DNA from: Eledone cirrhosa
Taxonomy: Eukaryota
Assembly: GCA_964016885.1 (NCBI GenBank)
Contig: CAXHJY010001222.1
Span: forward strand, 1-64,000
Direction of reading: 5' to 3'
Length of the DNA: 64,000 bases
Both the position numbers and the translations under genes were made by a program. The notes beneath the pieces were generated by a model, which ran no database searches, had not been told where the DNA came from, and saw nothing but the letters and a program-made list of their open reading frames with translations. Below are positions 36,991-49,076 of this stretch, piece after piece. The number at the start of each line of letters is the position of its first letter. Position 1 is the first letter of the stretch.

Positions 36991-37139
36991 GAATGTGACA
37001 GAAGAATTATAGTTATTTTCTCAACCTCCTTTCTTCTATTTAAGGAGAAAATGCTCCGGAAATGAAAACTGGTCTGTTGGATAGCGAGCAGGAAATTATC
37101 TTTGTAAAAACCGGTTTCTCAACGAAACTAAAAATGACC

Positions 37140-37230
37140 GGAGCTTGAACACAAAAATTGGGATTTTCCTGCCGGCGTCCGGCGAGATTGGACAAGAAGT
37201 GGGAGATGGGAGGCTTTTGGCGGGAAATGA
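37140..37230. promoter_or_regulatory. Candidate promoter: two CCAAT boxes and an E2F-type site
   Basis: ATTGG at 37157 and 37187 (30 bp apart) and TTTGGCGGGAAA at 37216-37227 in a CpG-containing, non-repetitive island. Confidence 0.35.
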
Positions 37231-37306
37231 AGATGACTTTGTTTCGTCGTTAATTCTCGCTAATTTCCCCTTTGCTGTGTACTCTTCTTCTTCTTTGCCG
37301 CCTCCG

Positions 37307-37470
37307 TCTTCTTCTTCTTCTTCTTCTTCTTCTTCTTCTTCTTCTTCTTCTTCTTCTTCTTCTTCTTCTTCTTCTTCTTCTTCTTCTTCTTCTTCTTCTT
37401 CTTCTTCTTCTTCTTCTTCTTCTCACCCCCTCCTCCTCCCCCTCTTCTTCTTCTTCTTCTTCTTCTTCTT
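37307..37470. repeat. (TTC)n microsatellite
   Basis: Direct inspection. Confidence 0.95.
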
Positions 37471-37729
37471 TTCCTCTCTTTATCGGACACCTCCCAACCC
37501 CACCGCCAAATCGTCCGATCAGTCACCGTCCAATAACCTAACTAAACTACACCCACCCATAGCAAAACACACCACAACACACAATAATATAATTTGTATT
37601 TGTTGTTGTTGATGTTGTTTTCATCTAACAAATATATTTTCTTGTTCCTCCCCCTCCTCTCACCATGTATTCTTGTGTACATATATGCATGTGAACATAC
37701 ATACATATATGCATATATACATAATATAT

Positions 37730-37775
<46 letters not shown>

Positions 37776-38319
37776 ATATGTATATACATATATATGTATA
37801 TATATATACATCATATATATATATATTTATATATATATATATATATATAAGTACATGTATACTTGTGTACATACATACATGCAGGCATACTTAGACAGAC
37901 ATATGAACATGCATAATACATACAGACACATATGCATGCATTCATACACGTGAACATACATACATACATATATACTTATATACATGCATATATACATACA
38001 TACATGTCAACAACCATATATAAATGCATACATGTGAATTTTACAGACATACATACATTTATACATACATATATGCATATATACATACATACATTTATAC
38101 ATACATACATATACAGTCAACGCGATCAGTCGCATATTTTGGCGTGGGAGACTATTTATTAAATTTAAGATGAATACTATCTCCGACAGTAATGCCACAA
38201 CTACAGTCATGTTGAATAACTGGTTATTCTTCTAACTATATCTTCTGAAGACACCTTTTATTCGAATTCGTAGAGATATCCGACTAAATACATAATTCAT
38301 TTTACAAGGATTTGCTACA

Positions 38320-40110
38320 AACAGTATGGCTGAACACAATATCAACAACAAAATTAAGGAAGTATCGAAGACAAACAACGAGAAAGGTACACAATTCAGT
38401 TGTAGCTACAGAAGAAACTGAAATTATAAATCGCATTTCTCTTGGAGTTGCGAACTTAATGATGATTTATTTAATTGTTATAAAAGGGCAAAACACAATC
38501 CCTCCATTGGCTATATGAACAGAATGAAGCTACACTGGGACGAAATGCGTCCAGAACTAAATTATTTCACAGCGAAACAATTACGCCAACAAGCGACGTT
38601 TGTTGAGCATAAAAATAAGATAAATATTATTAATTGTAAGTCCCCCACAACAAACATGGAATCAACAAAACGTGCTACAAGTCGCCATGCTACTAGACTT
38701 CCTAGCAGCCAGGTCGAACAGTGCTTTGAAACAACTATGCCTGTAAGAAACTTGACACCACGTGTACCATCTAAGTCTACCTCGAATGCTGGGGAAAACA
38801 CTATCGATAATAATAATAATCGAAGTAATAATAATAATTGTTTCTACTTTTGGCACATTACTGGTACTTTATTTTATCGATCCCCGTAAGGATGAAAGGC
38901 AAAGTTAACCTCGGCGGGATTTGAACTCAGACCGTAAAGGGACGCAACTATGCTAGAATGCATGGCGTCCAACCCTCTACCGATACTGCCAATTCACCGC
39001 CCATATCGAAGCAATAATAATAATAATCGAAGAAATTTGACACCACGTGTACCATCTGAGTCTACCTCGACTATTGTGGAAAATACTGTCGATAATGATA
39101 ATAATCAAAAGTATAAACAATTGAAAATTTTCCTGAACGAAATCTTCCAGAGAGAAATTAATTCATGTATAAACATCTCTCTTGCTGAACGTTTTAAAAC
39201 GACGATGTTTAATAAAAAACCAAATAATGAAATATTACGTGTTATTGACGAAATAGGGGATGAATATTTACGACGGATAAAAACCTCAACATTTTGGCAA
39301 ATCAACACCTGTTTATATGGCTTAGCAACGACAGTGAAGTATTATCTTGGTGATAGCAGAGATATTAACAAGAACAGAACACCACCAAAAATACCATCAT
39401 ATATAACTAACATAGAAAAAAAGATTGCTGACCTACGAAAAACCATAGGATATGTGACAATGCTCCTTACATGCAAACAAACACAAAAAAACCTCACCAA
39501 CAAAGAGTGAAAAAAAAAATAGATACGATGTTTGGTTACAGTAGAACCAGAACTCTTCAATATAAGCTGATCACCCTCAAACAAGAATTGAGAGCTGTTA
39601 ACGAAAACACGCCGATACCTGAAGAAGGTAGATGAGAGAAAAGTGCTTAATAAAAGATTCAGACGAAACCAAACATCAGTCTATAGAGATATGAAGAACA
39701 AAATAATAAGCGTCCCAGAAAGACATAGATTCCTTTTGGAGCAAAATATGGGGTGAAAAGAATTTCAACCAAGATGCAGTGTGCCTAAAAGAAATCCGAA
39801 AGAATTAGTGCTCCTCCACTACAACATAAACATACGAATAACCAGAAGAACAAACTCTATGCCAAGAACATGGATGGGATGAAGAAAAATGTTGACCTGG
39901 TTACAACGTTCTCAAAGGATATAGGAATGGAGTTTGGCCATGATAAATGCACATACATGACTGTAAAGCGGGGGAAACAACAACCCAATCTAGCAACATT
40001 GTCATCAATGGTCTAACTGTTTCACCGATATCTGATGAGGACTGCTACAGATACCAGGGGATAGATGAGAACATATCCTATAATGGCATCTGTAATAAGG
40101 AACGCGTAAC
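38320..40110 (+). pseudogene. Decayed R4/Dong-like LINE (N-terminus plus RT end, RT core deleted), interrupted by a SINE
   Basis: YMNRMKLHWDEMRPEL..KQLRQQA, IEKKIADLRKTIG, KQELRA, FWSKIWGE, FSKDIGMEFGHDKC..KRGK and YRYQGI occur in the order expected for these ORFs. Confidence 0.65.
38836..39000 (-). mobile_element. SINE family B inserted in the R4/Dong-like relic
   Basis: Full head (- strand ggcggtgaattggcagtatcgg); flanking atcgaag(t/c)aataataataat duplicated. Confidence 0.8.
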
Positions 40111-40116
40111 TAGGGA

Positions 40117-40293
40117 ATGGTAGTGGTAGTGGTGGTGGTAGTGGTAGTGGTAGTGGTAGTGGTGGTGGTGGTGCAATGGCAACTACTACAATTATGATGA
40201 AAATAATGATGACGATGGTAACGATGATGATAAAGGTGATGATGATGAGGATGGTGATGATGATGTTGATGATGACAATAATGATGATGATGG

Positions 40294-40325
<32 letters not shown>
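40117..40325. repeat. (GGT/AGT) and (GAT)n low-complexity tract
   Basis: Direct inspection. Confidence 0.9.
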
Positions 40326-40443
40326 AATGTTGTTATTGTTAATTCCAACGATGACCATCCCATCCGAACTAAATAATAATTATATTATTGTATTTTGGAC
40401 AACACTATTCAATGTCTTTCAAAGTGACCGACAACCTAAAAAT

Positions 40444-40560
40444 AATTGTTTCTACGTTTGGCACAAGGCCAACAATTATCCCAGTGTATTACTGTTACTT
40501 TATTTTATCGACCTCGTAAGGATGAAAGGCAAAGTTAACCTCGGTGGGATTTGAACTCAG
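40444..40560 (-). mobile_element. SINE family B, 5'-truncated, with target-site duplication
   Basis: Flanked by the direct repeat gacaacctaaaaataat. Confidence 0.8.
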
Positions 40561-40760
40561 ACAACCTAAAAATAATGCAGTTAAACAACGCGACCGATGA
40601 AAAATAAGGAGCAATTTCCAATATGATATTGGAAATCCTAAAGTTAAGTCCATCAGTCGAAACTTGAATGGCTTACCAAAGGAAATCCGAATACATCTCG
40701 AAAACAAAACACCATATCTTCGACCGTACACGCATCCATATCAACATATGGATGCGTGTA

Positions 40761-40812
<52 letters not shown>

Positions 40813-40815
<3 letters not shown>

Positions 40816-42565
40816 GGAGTGGGTTGTTCTGAAACCGAGTAGCTGGTTGGTGGTAATGAGCGTAAACATGATGGTCGAGTACTGCTCAATTCCAGGCAGC
40901 TGTGTACTGCTTTTCAGGGACACTTTTCACAACTGTTCAGGGTGAGCCAGATGACGGAGAGGGTAATAGACTGTATTTACTACTTTTACAACGATTCTTG
41001 AAGGAAGATGCGAAATGCTGCGCTAGCTCGATAAGAGCAGCTGAAAGGCGGATGGCTGCGAAGCGTTAGTCGAGGCCCAGAAGACAAGTGGGAATGGTTT
41101 GCTCTTCAAGCTTTAGACAGTTATGATAGATTTGTTTGCCTATGTCCTTGCAGCCGTGTACTTCTCCTGGTAGCTGAACGAGAGAATTCATATTTCTGGG
41201 AGCAATGACACTGATGAAGAAGGACGTGAACAAGGTGGAATAATTAAAACTTTCGGGCACATAACTGCTCATCACAGAGTTTAAAATGTTGGCCAATGTG
41301 GTAGCAAAGAGTTCTCTGCTTGTCGACGAGAGCTAGGTCGGAAAGCCAGTCATGAACAATCCCGATCAGGTCTATGCACGACATTCTCCATTTGATGCGA
41401 TAAATTATAGAGACCATAGGCAATATCTTGGCTTTGACACTGACCAATTTCGATTAATCGAAAGCCTTTCATAGGTCGACCATTAATACCTGTAGGGTGT
41501 CCTGAACGCAGTCAATTTCAGTTCCCCCTAGAGAGGCTGGATATCTCCAATGCTCGGTCGTCAGACTACTTGACCACCATCGGACCCATTTCAGATCAAA
41601 GAGCTCGGTTCGTTCAGGAAGCCCTCTCCCCTCTCTTTTGTATGTGCTGGTTCTCGGGCCACTAGTACGGAGACTAGAAATGTTGAAGATCATCCCGCCT
41701 GGGCGTTGTCACAGAGAAAGATTTGAAGACCTCAAATAGAGATGTATTCGGCAAATTCAGTGGACAAAACTTATCACTGACAAATCTGTATGTATGCAGC
41801 TAAGCACCAGGTGAGATAAGTCTATGCTATCCAACAGTGTCGTGAGCCGCTTGTTGGAGTGACTGTTCGTTTAAATTGCTCGGGGTCTGAATTGGTTCGG
41901 ACCTTCAGAAATGGGCCAAATGGAAGCTCTCCATGAAAGGTAGGCCAGAGGTGGTGAACGCGTACATCACCTTCGTTATATATTACCGTCTGACTGCCAT
42001 TGCCGTACCCCCATGTCTTGTCGTACTAGTCTGAGAGCCTACGCTTTCAGTTTTTTCAGAAGGGATTCATTTTATTCGTCAGATAATCTATCTGTTGCCA
42101 ACAACTTTTGCCTGGAGTGCTCGAATGTCGCGTCAAGTTGGGCAATACGGTCAGTGGAAATTGCATATTAGTGTTCTATAGAAGACTAGCGTTGGGCAAG
42201 AGCAAGGGCATTGTTGGAGAAACTCATGATGTCGACCAGGATGTATTGACTAGTCAGTTCTAGATGACTTTTGATCAGAGGGTTATGGACAATTTCCAGT
42301 AATACCCGGTCTGGGAGTACTACCAGGGAAAACTATCGGTTTGTAACAAACTCTACAGATACGGGAGTGCTATCAGATAGACCTGTCTGAGATGCGCGCA
42401 GAGCGATGAAACCATTCTGCACGCACTCGTCTGGTCTGGTAGTACTACCGGGGAAAACTATCGATTTGTAACAAACTCTACAGACACGGAAGTGCTATCA
42501 GATAGACTTGTTTGAGATGCGCGCAGAACGATGAAACCATTCTGCACGCACGCGTCCAGTGTCAT
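40813..42565 (+). pseudogene. Old, highly decayed Tx1-like ORF2 relic
   Basis: DGRVLLNSRQLCTAFQGHFSQLF aligns with NGRVLLDPKRMCAAFQRHFAQLF; nucleotide similarity continues through the RT and KLSMKGR regions; ~125-bp tandem duplication at 42308/42433. Confidence 0.75.
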
Positions 42566-42652
42566 ATTAAATGGAACACACTCAGCCATCGCTTGTATAA
42601 TGGAAAGAATAGACGAGAGAGAGAGAGAGAGTGAGAGAGGGAGAGAGAGAGG

Positions 42653-42695
<43 letters not shown>

Positions 42696-43110
42696 GAGAG
42701 AGAGAGAGGGGGGGGGGGGACATAACTCTGGTGCTCTCGGTAATTGGAATGACCCTAAATCAGTTGGGTTTCGTAGCTACCCCTAATTGGTGCTTTAAGC
42801 TATTCGGCAATTCTGCTGTTATAAATTCATTGTTCCATCGTTTCCTGTTTCACTTCCGTTTACTCGTTTTATATAAATCCTCACTGTCTCTGTTCATTTG
42901 TATTGCCCGTTGTGCTTTGGCCCGACTGGCTAATAAAGGAATCAATGTAGCATGGAAGGGAGACTACTGATCTTGATAATGGCATTGGTGGAGGTAAAGA
43001 ATAATAGCAAGATTGGTGGTGGTGGTGGTGGGGTGTAATGTTGTGATAAAATGTGTTAGATTTCGATTCGATCTTGATGATTCTGGCGTTACTGAATTAT
43101 TAATGACAAC

Positions 43111-43186
43111 TACGGGGTCGATAAAATAAAGTACCAGTAATACACTGGTTTAATTGCTGGCCTTGTGCCAAAAGTAGAAACAATTA
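43111..43186 (+). mobile_element. SINE family B, 3' fragment
   Basis: tacggggtcgataaaataaagtaccagtaatacactgg..ggccttgtgccaaaagtagaaacaatta. Confidence 0.8.
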
Positions 43187-43229
43187 TTTTTGACAACAAT
43201 AGAAAATGATGGGGATGATGGTGCTGATG

Positions 43230-46200
43230 ATGATGGTGGTAAGGTGGTGGTAGTGGTAATGGTAGTTTTGTTGGTTGTGGTGATAGTGTTGGTGCTGGGG
43301 TTGTTGTTGGTGGTAGTTGTGGTGGTAGTGTTGCTAATGCTGTTGTTGTAGGTGGTGTTGGTAGTGGTGTTAGTGTTGGTGGTGTTGATGTTGGTGGTGG
43401 TGTTTGTGGTGGTGGTGTTGGTACTGGAGTTGTTGTTATTAGTGGTGTTAGTATTGGTGGTGTTAGTGTTGGTTGTAGTGGTAGTGATGGTAATGCCGTT
43501 GTTGGTGGTGGTGTTGGTGTTGGTGTTGGTTGTAGTGGTAGTGTTGGTAATGCCGTTGTTGTTGTTGTTGGAGGTGGTGTTGGTTGTAGTGGTAGTGTTG
43601 GTAATGCCGTTGTTGGTGGTGGTGTTGGTGTTGGTTGTAGTGGTACTGTTGGTAATGCCGTTGTTGGTGGTGGTGTTGGTGTTGGTGGTAGTGGTAGTGT
43701 TGGTAATGCTGTTGTCGTTGGTGGTGGTGGTGTTGGTGTTGGTTGTAGTGGTAGTGTTGGTAATGCCGTTGTTGTTGGTGGTGGTGGTGTTGGTGTTGGT
43801 TGTAGTGGTAGTGTTGGTAATGCCGTTGTTGGTGGTGGTGTTGGTGTTGGTTGTAGTGGTAGTGTTGGTAATGCCGTTGTTGGTGGTGGTGTTGGTGTTG
43901 GTTGTAGTGGTAGTGTTGGTAATGCCGTTGTTGGTGGTGGTGTTGGTGTTGGTTGTAGTGGTAGTGTTGGTAATGCCGTCGTTGGTGTTGGTGGTGGTGT
44001 TGGTGTTGGTTGTAGTGGTAGTGTTGGTAATGCCGTTGTTGTTGTTGTTGGTGGTGGTGGTGTTGGTTGTAGTGGTAGTGTTGGTAATGCCGTTGTTGTT
44101 GGTGGTGGTGGTGTTGGTGCTGGTTGTAGTGGAAGTGTTGGTAATGCCGTTGTTGTTGGTGGTGGTGGTGCTGGTTGTAGTGGTAGTGTTGGTAATGCCG
44201 TTGTTGATGGTGGTGGTGGTGTTGGTGTTGGTTGTAGTGGTAGTGTTGGTAATGCCGTTGTTGGTGGTGGTGTTGGTGGTGTTGGTGGTTGTAGTGATAG
44301 TGTTGGTAATGCCGTTGTTGTTGGTGGTGTTGGTGTTGGTTGTAGTGGTAGTGTTGGTAATGCCGTTGTTGTTGTTGTTGGTGGTGTTGGTGTTGGTTGT
44401 AGTGGTAGTATTGGTAATGCCGTTGTTGGTGGTGGTGGTGTTGGTATTGGTTGTAGTGGTAGTGTTGGTAATGCCATTGTTGGTGGTGGTGTTGGTGTTG
44501 GTTGTAGTGGTAGTGTTGGTAATGCCGTTGTTGGTGGTGGTGTTGGTGTTGGTTGTAGTGGTAGTGTTGGTAATGCCTTTGTTGGTGGTGGTGGTGGTGT
44601 TGGTGTTAGTTGTAGTGGTAGTGTTGGTAATGCCATTGTTGGTGGTGGTGTTGGTGTTGGTGTTAGTTGTAGTGGTAGTGTTGGTAATGCCATTGTTGGT
44701 GGTGGTGTTGGTGTTGGTTGTAGTGGTAGTGTTGGTAATGCCGTTGTTGTTGTTGGTGGTGGTGTTGGTGTTGGTTGTAGTGGTAGTGTTGGTAATGCCG
44801 TTGTTGTTGGTGGTGGTGGTGTTGGTTGTAGTGGTAGTGTTGGTAATGCCGTTGTTGGTGTTGGTGTTGGTGTTGGTTGTAGTGTTAGTGTTGGTAATGC
44901 TGTTGTTGGTGGTGGTGGTGGTGTTGGTGTTGGTTGTAGTGGTAGTGTTGGTAATGCCGTTGTTGTTGGTGGTGGTGGTGTTGGTGTTAGTTGTAGTGGT
45001 AGTGTTGGTAATGCCATTGTTGGTGGTGGTGTTGGTGTTGGTTGTAGTGGTAGTGTTGGTAATGCCGTTGTTGTTGTTGGTGGTGGTGTTGGTGTTGGTT
45101 GTAGTGGTAGTGTTGGTAATGCCGTTGTTGTTGTTGGTGGTGGTGTTGGTGTTGGTTGTAGTGGTAGTGTTGGTAATGCCGTTGTTGTTGTTGGTGGTGG
45201 TGTTGGTGTTGGTTGTAGTGGTAGTGTTGGTAATGCCGTTGTTGTTGTTGGTGGTGGTGTTGGTTGTAGTGGTAGTGTTGGTAATGCCGGTGTGGGTGGT
45301 GGTGTTGATGTTGTTTGTAGTGGTAGTGTTGGTAATGCCGTTGTTGTTGTTGGTGGTGGTGTTGGTGTTAGTTGTAGTGTTGGTAATGCCGGTGTGGGTG
45401 GTGGTGTTGATGTTGTTTGTAGTGGTAGTGTTGGTAATGCCGTTGTTGGTGGTGGTGTTGGTGTTGGTTGTAGTGGTAGTGTTGGTAATGCCATTGTTGG
45501 TGGTGGTGTTGGTGTTGGTTGTAGTGGTAGTGTTGGTAATGCCGTTGTTGTTGTTGGTGGTGGTGTTGGTGTTGGTTGTAGTGGTAGTGTTGGTAATGCC
45601 GTTGTTGTTGTTGGTGGTGGTGTTGGTGTTGGTTGTAGTGGTAGTGTTGGTAATGCCGTTGTTGTTGGTGGTGGTGGTGTTGGTTGTAGTGGTAGTGTTG
45701 GTAATGCCGTTGTTGGTGTTGGTGTTGGTGTTGGTTGTAGTGTTAGTGTTGGTAATGCTGTTGTTGGTGGTGGTGGTGGTGTTGGTGTTGGTTGTAGTGG
45801 TAGTGTTGGTAATGCCGTTGTTGTTGGTGGTGGTGGTGTTAGTTGTAGTGGTAGTGTTGGTAATGCCGTTGTTGGTGGTGGTGTTGGTGTTGGTGTTGGT
45901 TTTAGTGGTAGTGTTGGTAATGCTGTTGTCGTTGGTGGTGGTGGTGTTGGTGTTGGTTGTAGTGGTAGTGTTGGTAATGCCGGTGTGGGTGGTGGTGTTG
46001 ATGTTGGTTGTAGTGGTAGTGTTGGTAATGCCGTTGTTTTTGGTAGTGGTGGTGGTGGTTGTAGTGGTAGTGTTATTAATGCCGTTGTTGGTGGTGGTGG
46101 TGGTGTTGGTGTTGTTGGTTGTAGTGGTAGTGTTGGTAATGCCGTTGTTGTTGGTGGTGGTGGTGTTGGTGTTGGTTGTAGTGGTAGTGTTGGTAATGCT

Positions 46201-49042
46201 GTTGTCGTTGGTGGTGGTGGTGTTGGTGGTAGTGGTGGTTGTAGTGGTAGTGTTGGTAATGCCGTTGTTGTTGTTGTTGATGGTGGTGGTGGTTGTAGTG
46301 GTAGTGTTGGTAATGCCGTTGTTGGTGTTGGTGGTGGTGTTGGTGTTGGTTGTAGTGGTAGTGTTGGTAATGCCGGTGTTGGTGGTGGTGTTGGTGTTGG
46401 TTGTAGTGGTAGTGTTGGTAATGCCGTTGTTGTTGTTGGTGTTGGTTGTAGTGGTAGTGTTGGTAATGCCGTTGTTGTTGGTGGTGTTGGTGTTGGTTGT
46501 AGTGGTAGTGTTGGTAATGCCGTTGTTGGTGGTGGTGGTGTTGGTGTTGGTTGTAGTGGTAGTGTTGGTAATGCCGTTGTTGGTGGTGGTGTTGGTGTTG
46601 GTTGTAGTGGTAGTGTTGGTAATGCCGTTGTTGGTGTTGGTGGTGGTGTTGGTGTTGTTTGTAGTGGTAGTGTTGGTAATGCCGTTGTTGTTGTTGGTGG
46701 TGGTGTTGGTTGTAGTGGTAGTGTTGGTAATGCCGTTGTTGTTGTTGTTGATGGTGGTGGTGGTTGTAGTGGTAGTGTTGGTAATGCCGTTGTTGGTGTT
46801 GGTGGAGGTGTTGGTGTTGGTTGTAGTGGTAGTGTTGGTAATGCCGGTGTTGGTGGTGGTGTTGGTGTTGGTTGTAGTGGTAGTGTTGGTAATGCCGTTG
46901 TTGTTGTTGGTGTTGGTTGTAGTGGTAGTGTTGGTAATGCCGTTGTTGGTGGTGGTGTTGGTGGTGGTGTTGGTTGTAGTGGTAGTGTTGGTAATGCCGT
47001 TGTTGGTGGTGGTGGTGTTGGTTGTAGTGGTAGTGTTGGTAATGCCGGTGTGGGTGGTGGTGTTGATGTTGGTTGTAGTGGTAGTGTTGGTAATGCCGTT
47101 GTTTTTGGTAGTGGTGGTGGTGGTTGTAGTGGTAGTGTTATTAATGCCGTTGTTGGTGGTGGTGGTGGTGTTGGTGTTGTTGGTTGTAGTGGTAGTGTTG
47201 GTAATGCCGTTGTTGTTGGTGGTGGTGGTGTTGGTGTTGGTTGTAGTGGTAGTGTTGGTAATGCTGTTGTCGTTGGTGGTGGTGGTGTTGGTGGTGGTGG
47301 TTGTAGTGGTAGTGTTGGTAATGCCGTTGTTGTTGTTGGTGGTGGTGTTGGTGTTGGTTGTAGTGGTAGTGTTGGTAATGCCTTTGTTGGTGGTGGTGGT
47401 GGTGTTGGTGTTGGTTGTAGTGGTAGTGTTGGTAATGCCATTGTTGGTGGTGGTGGTGGTGGTGGTTGTAGTGGTAGTGTTGGTAATGCCGTTGTTGGTG
47501 ATGTTGGTGTTGGTGTTGGTTGTAGTGGTAGTGTTGGTAATGCCGTTGTTGTTGTTGGTGGTGGTGTTGGTGTTGGTTGTAGTGGTAGTGTTGGTAATGC
47601 CGTTGTTGTTGTTGGTGGTGGTGTTGGTGTTGATTGTAGTGGTAGTGTTGGTAATGCTGTTGTTGTTGGTGGTGTTGGTGTTGGTTGTAGTGTTAGTGTT
47701 GGTAATGCCGTTGTTGGTGGTGGTGTTGGTGTTGGTTGTAGTGTTAGTGTTGGTAATGCCGTTGTTGGTGGTGGTGTTGGTGTTGGTTGTAGTGTTAGTG
47801 TTGGTAATGCCGTTGTTGTTGTTGGTGTTGGTGTTGGTGTTGGTTGTAGTGTTAGTGTTGGTAATGCCGTTGTTGGTGGTGGTGTTGGTGTTGGTTGTAG
47901 TGTTAGTGTTGGTAATGCCGTTGTTGGTGGTGGTGTTGGTGTTGGTTGTAGTGTTAGTGTTGGTAATGCCGTTGTTGTTGTTGGTGTTGGTGTTGGTGTT
48001 GGTTGTAGTGGTAGTGTTGGTAATGCCGTTGTTGGTGGTGGTGTTGGTGTTGGTTGTAGTGTTAGTGTTGGTAATGCCGTTGTTGGTGGTGGTGTTGGTG
48101 TTGGTTGTAGTGTTAGTGTTGGTAATGCCGTTGTTGTTGTTGGTGTTGGTGTTGGTGTTGGTTGTAGTGGTAGTGTTGGTAATGCCGTTGTTGGTGGTGG
48201 TGTTGGTGTTGGTTGTAGTGTTAGTGTTGGTAATGCCGTTGTTGTTGTTGGTGGTGGTGTTGGTGTTGATTGTAGTGGTAGTGTTGGTAATGCCGTTGTT
48301 GTTGGTGGTGTTGGTGTTGGTTGTAGTGTTAGTGTTGGTAATGCCGTTGTTGGTGGTGGTGTTGGTGTTGGTTGTAGTGTTAGTGTTGGTAATGCCGTTG
48401 TTGTTGTTGGTGTTGGTGTTGGTGTTGGTTGTAGTGGTAGTGTTGGTAATGCCGTTGTTGGTGGTGGTGTTGGTGTTGGTTGTAGTGTTAGTGTTGGTAA
48501 TGCCGTTGTTGTTGTTGGTGGTGGTGTTGGTGTTGGTTGTAGTGGTAGTGTTGGTAATGCCGTTGTTGTTGTTGTTGTTGATGGTGGTGGTGGTTGTAGT
48601 GGTAGTGTTGGTAATGCCGTTGTTGGTGTTGGTGGTGGTGTTGGTTGTAGTGGTAGTGTTGGTAATGCCGGTGTTGGTGGTGGTGTTGGTGTTGGTTGTA
48701 GTGGTAGTGTTGGTAATGCCGTTGTTGGTGGTGGTGTTGGTGTTGGTTGTAGTGGTAGTGTTGGTAATGCCGGTGTTGGTGGTGGTGGTGTTGGTTGTAG
48801 TGGTAGTGTTGGTAATGCCGGTGTGGGTGGTGGTGTTGATGTTGTTTGTAGTGGTAGTGTTGGTAATGCCGTTGTTTTTGGTGGTGGTGGTGGTGTTGGT
48901 GTTGGTTGTAGTGGTAGTGTTGGTAATGCTGTTGTCGTTGGTGGTGGTGGTGTTGGTGGTGGTGGTTGTAGTGGTAGTGTTGGTAATGCCGTTGTTGTTG
49001 TTGGTGTTGGTGTTGGTTGTAGTGGTAGTGTTGGTAATGCCG

Positions 49043-49076
<34 letters not shown>

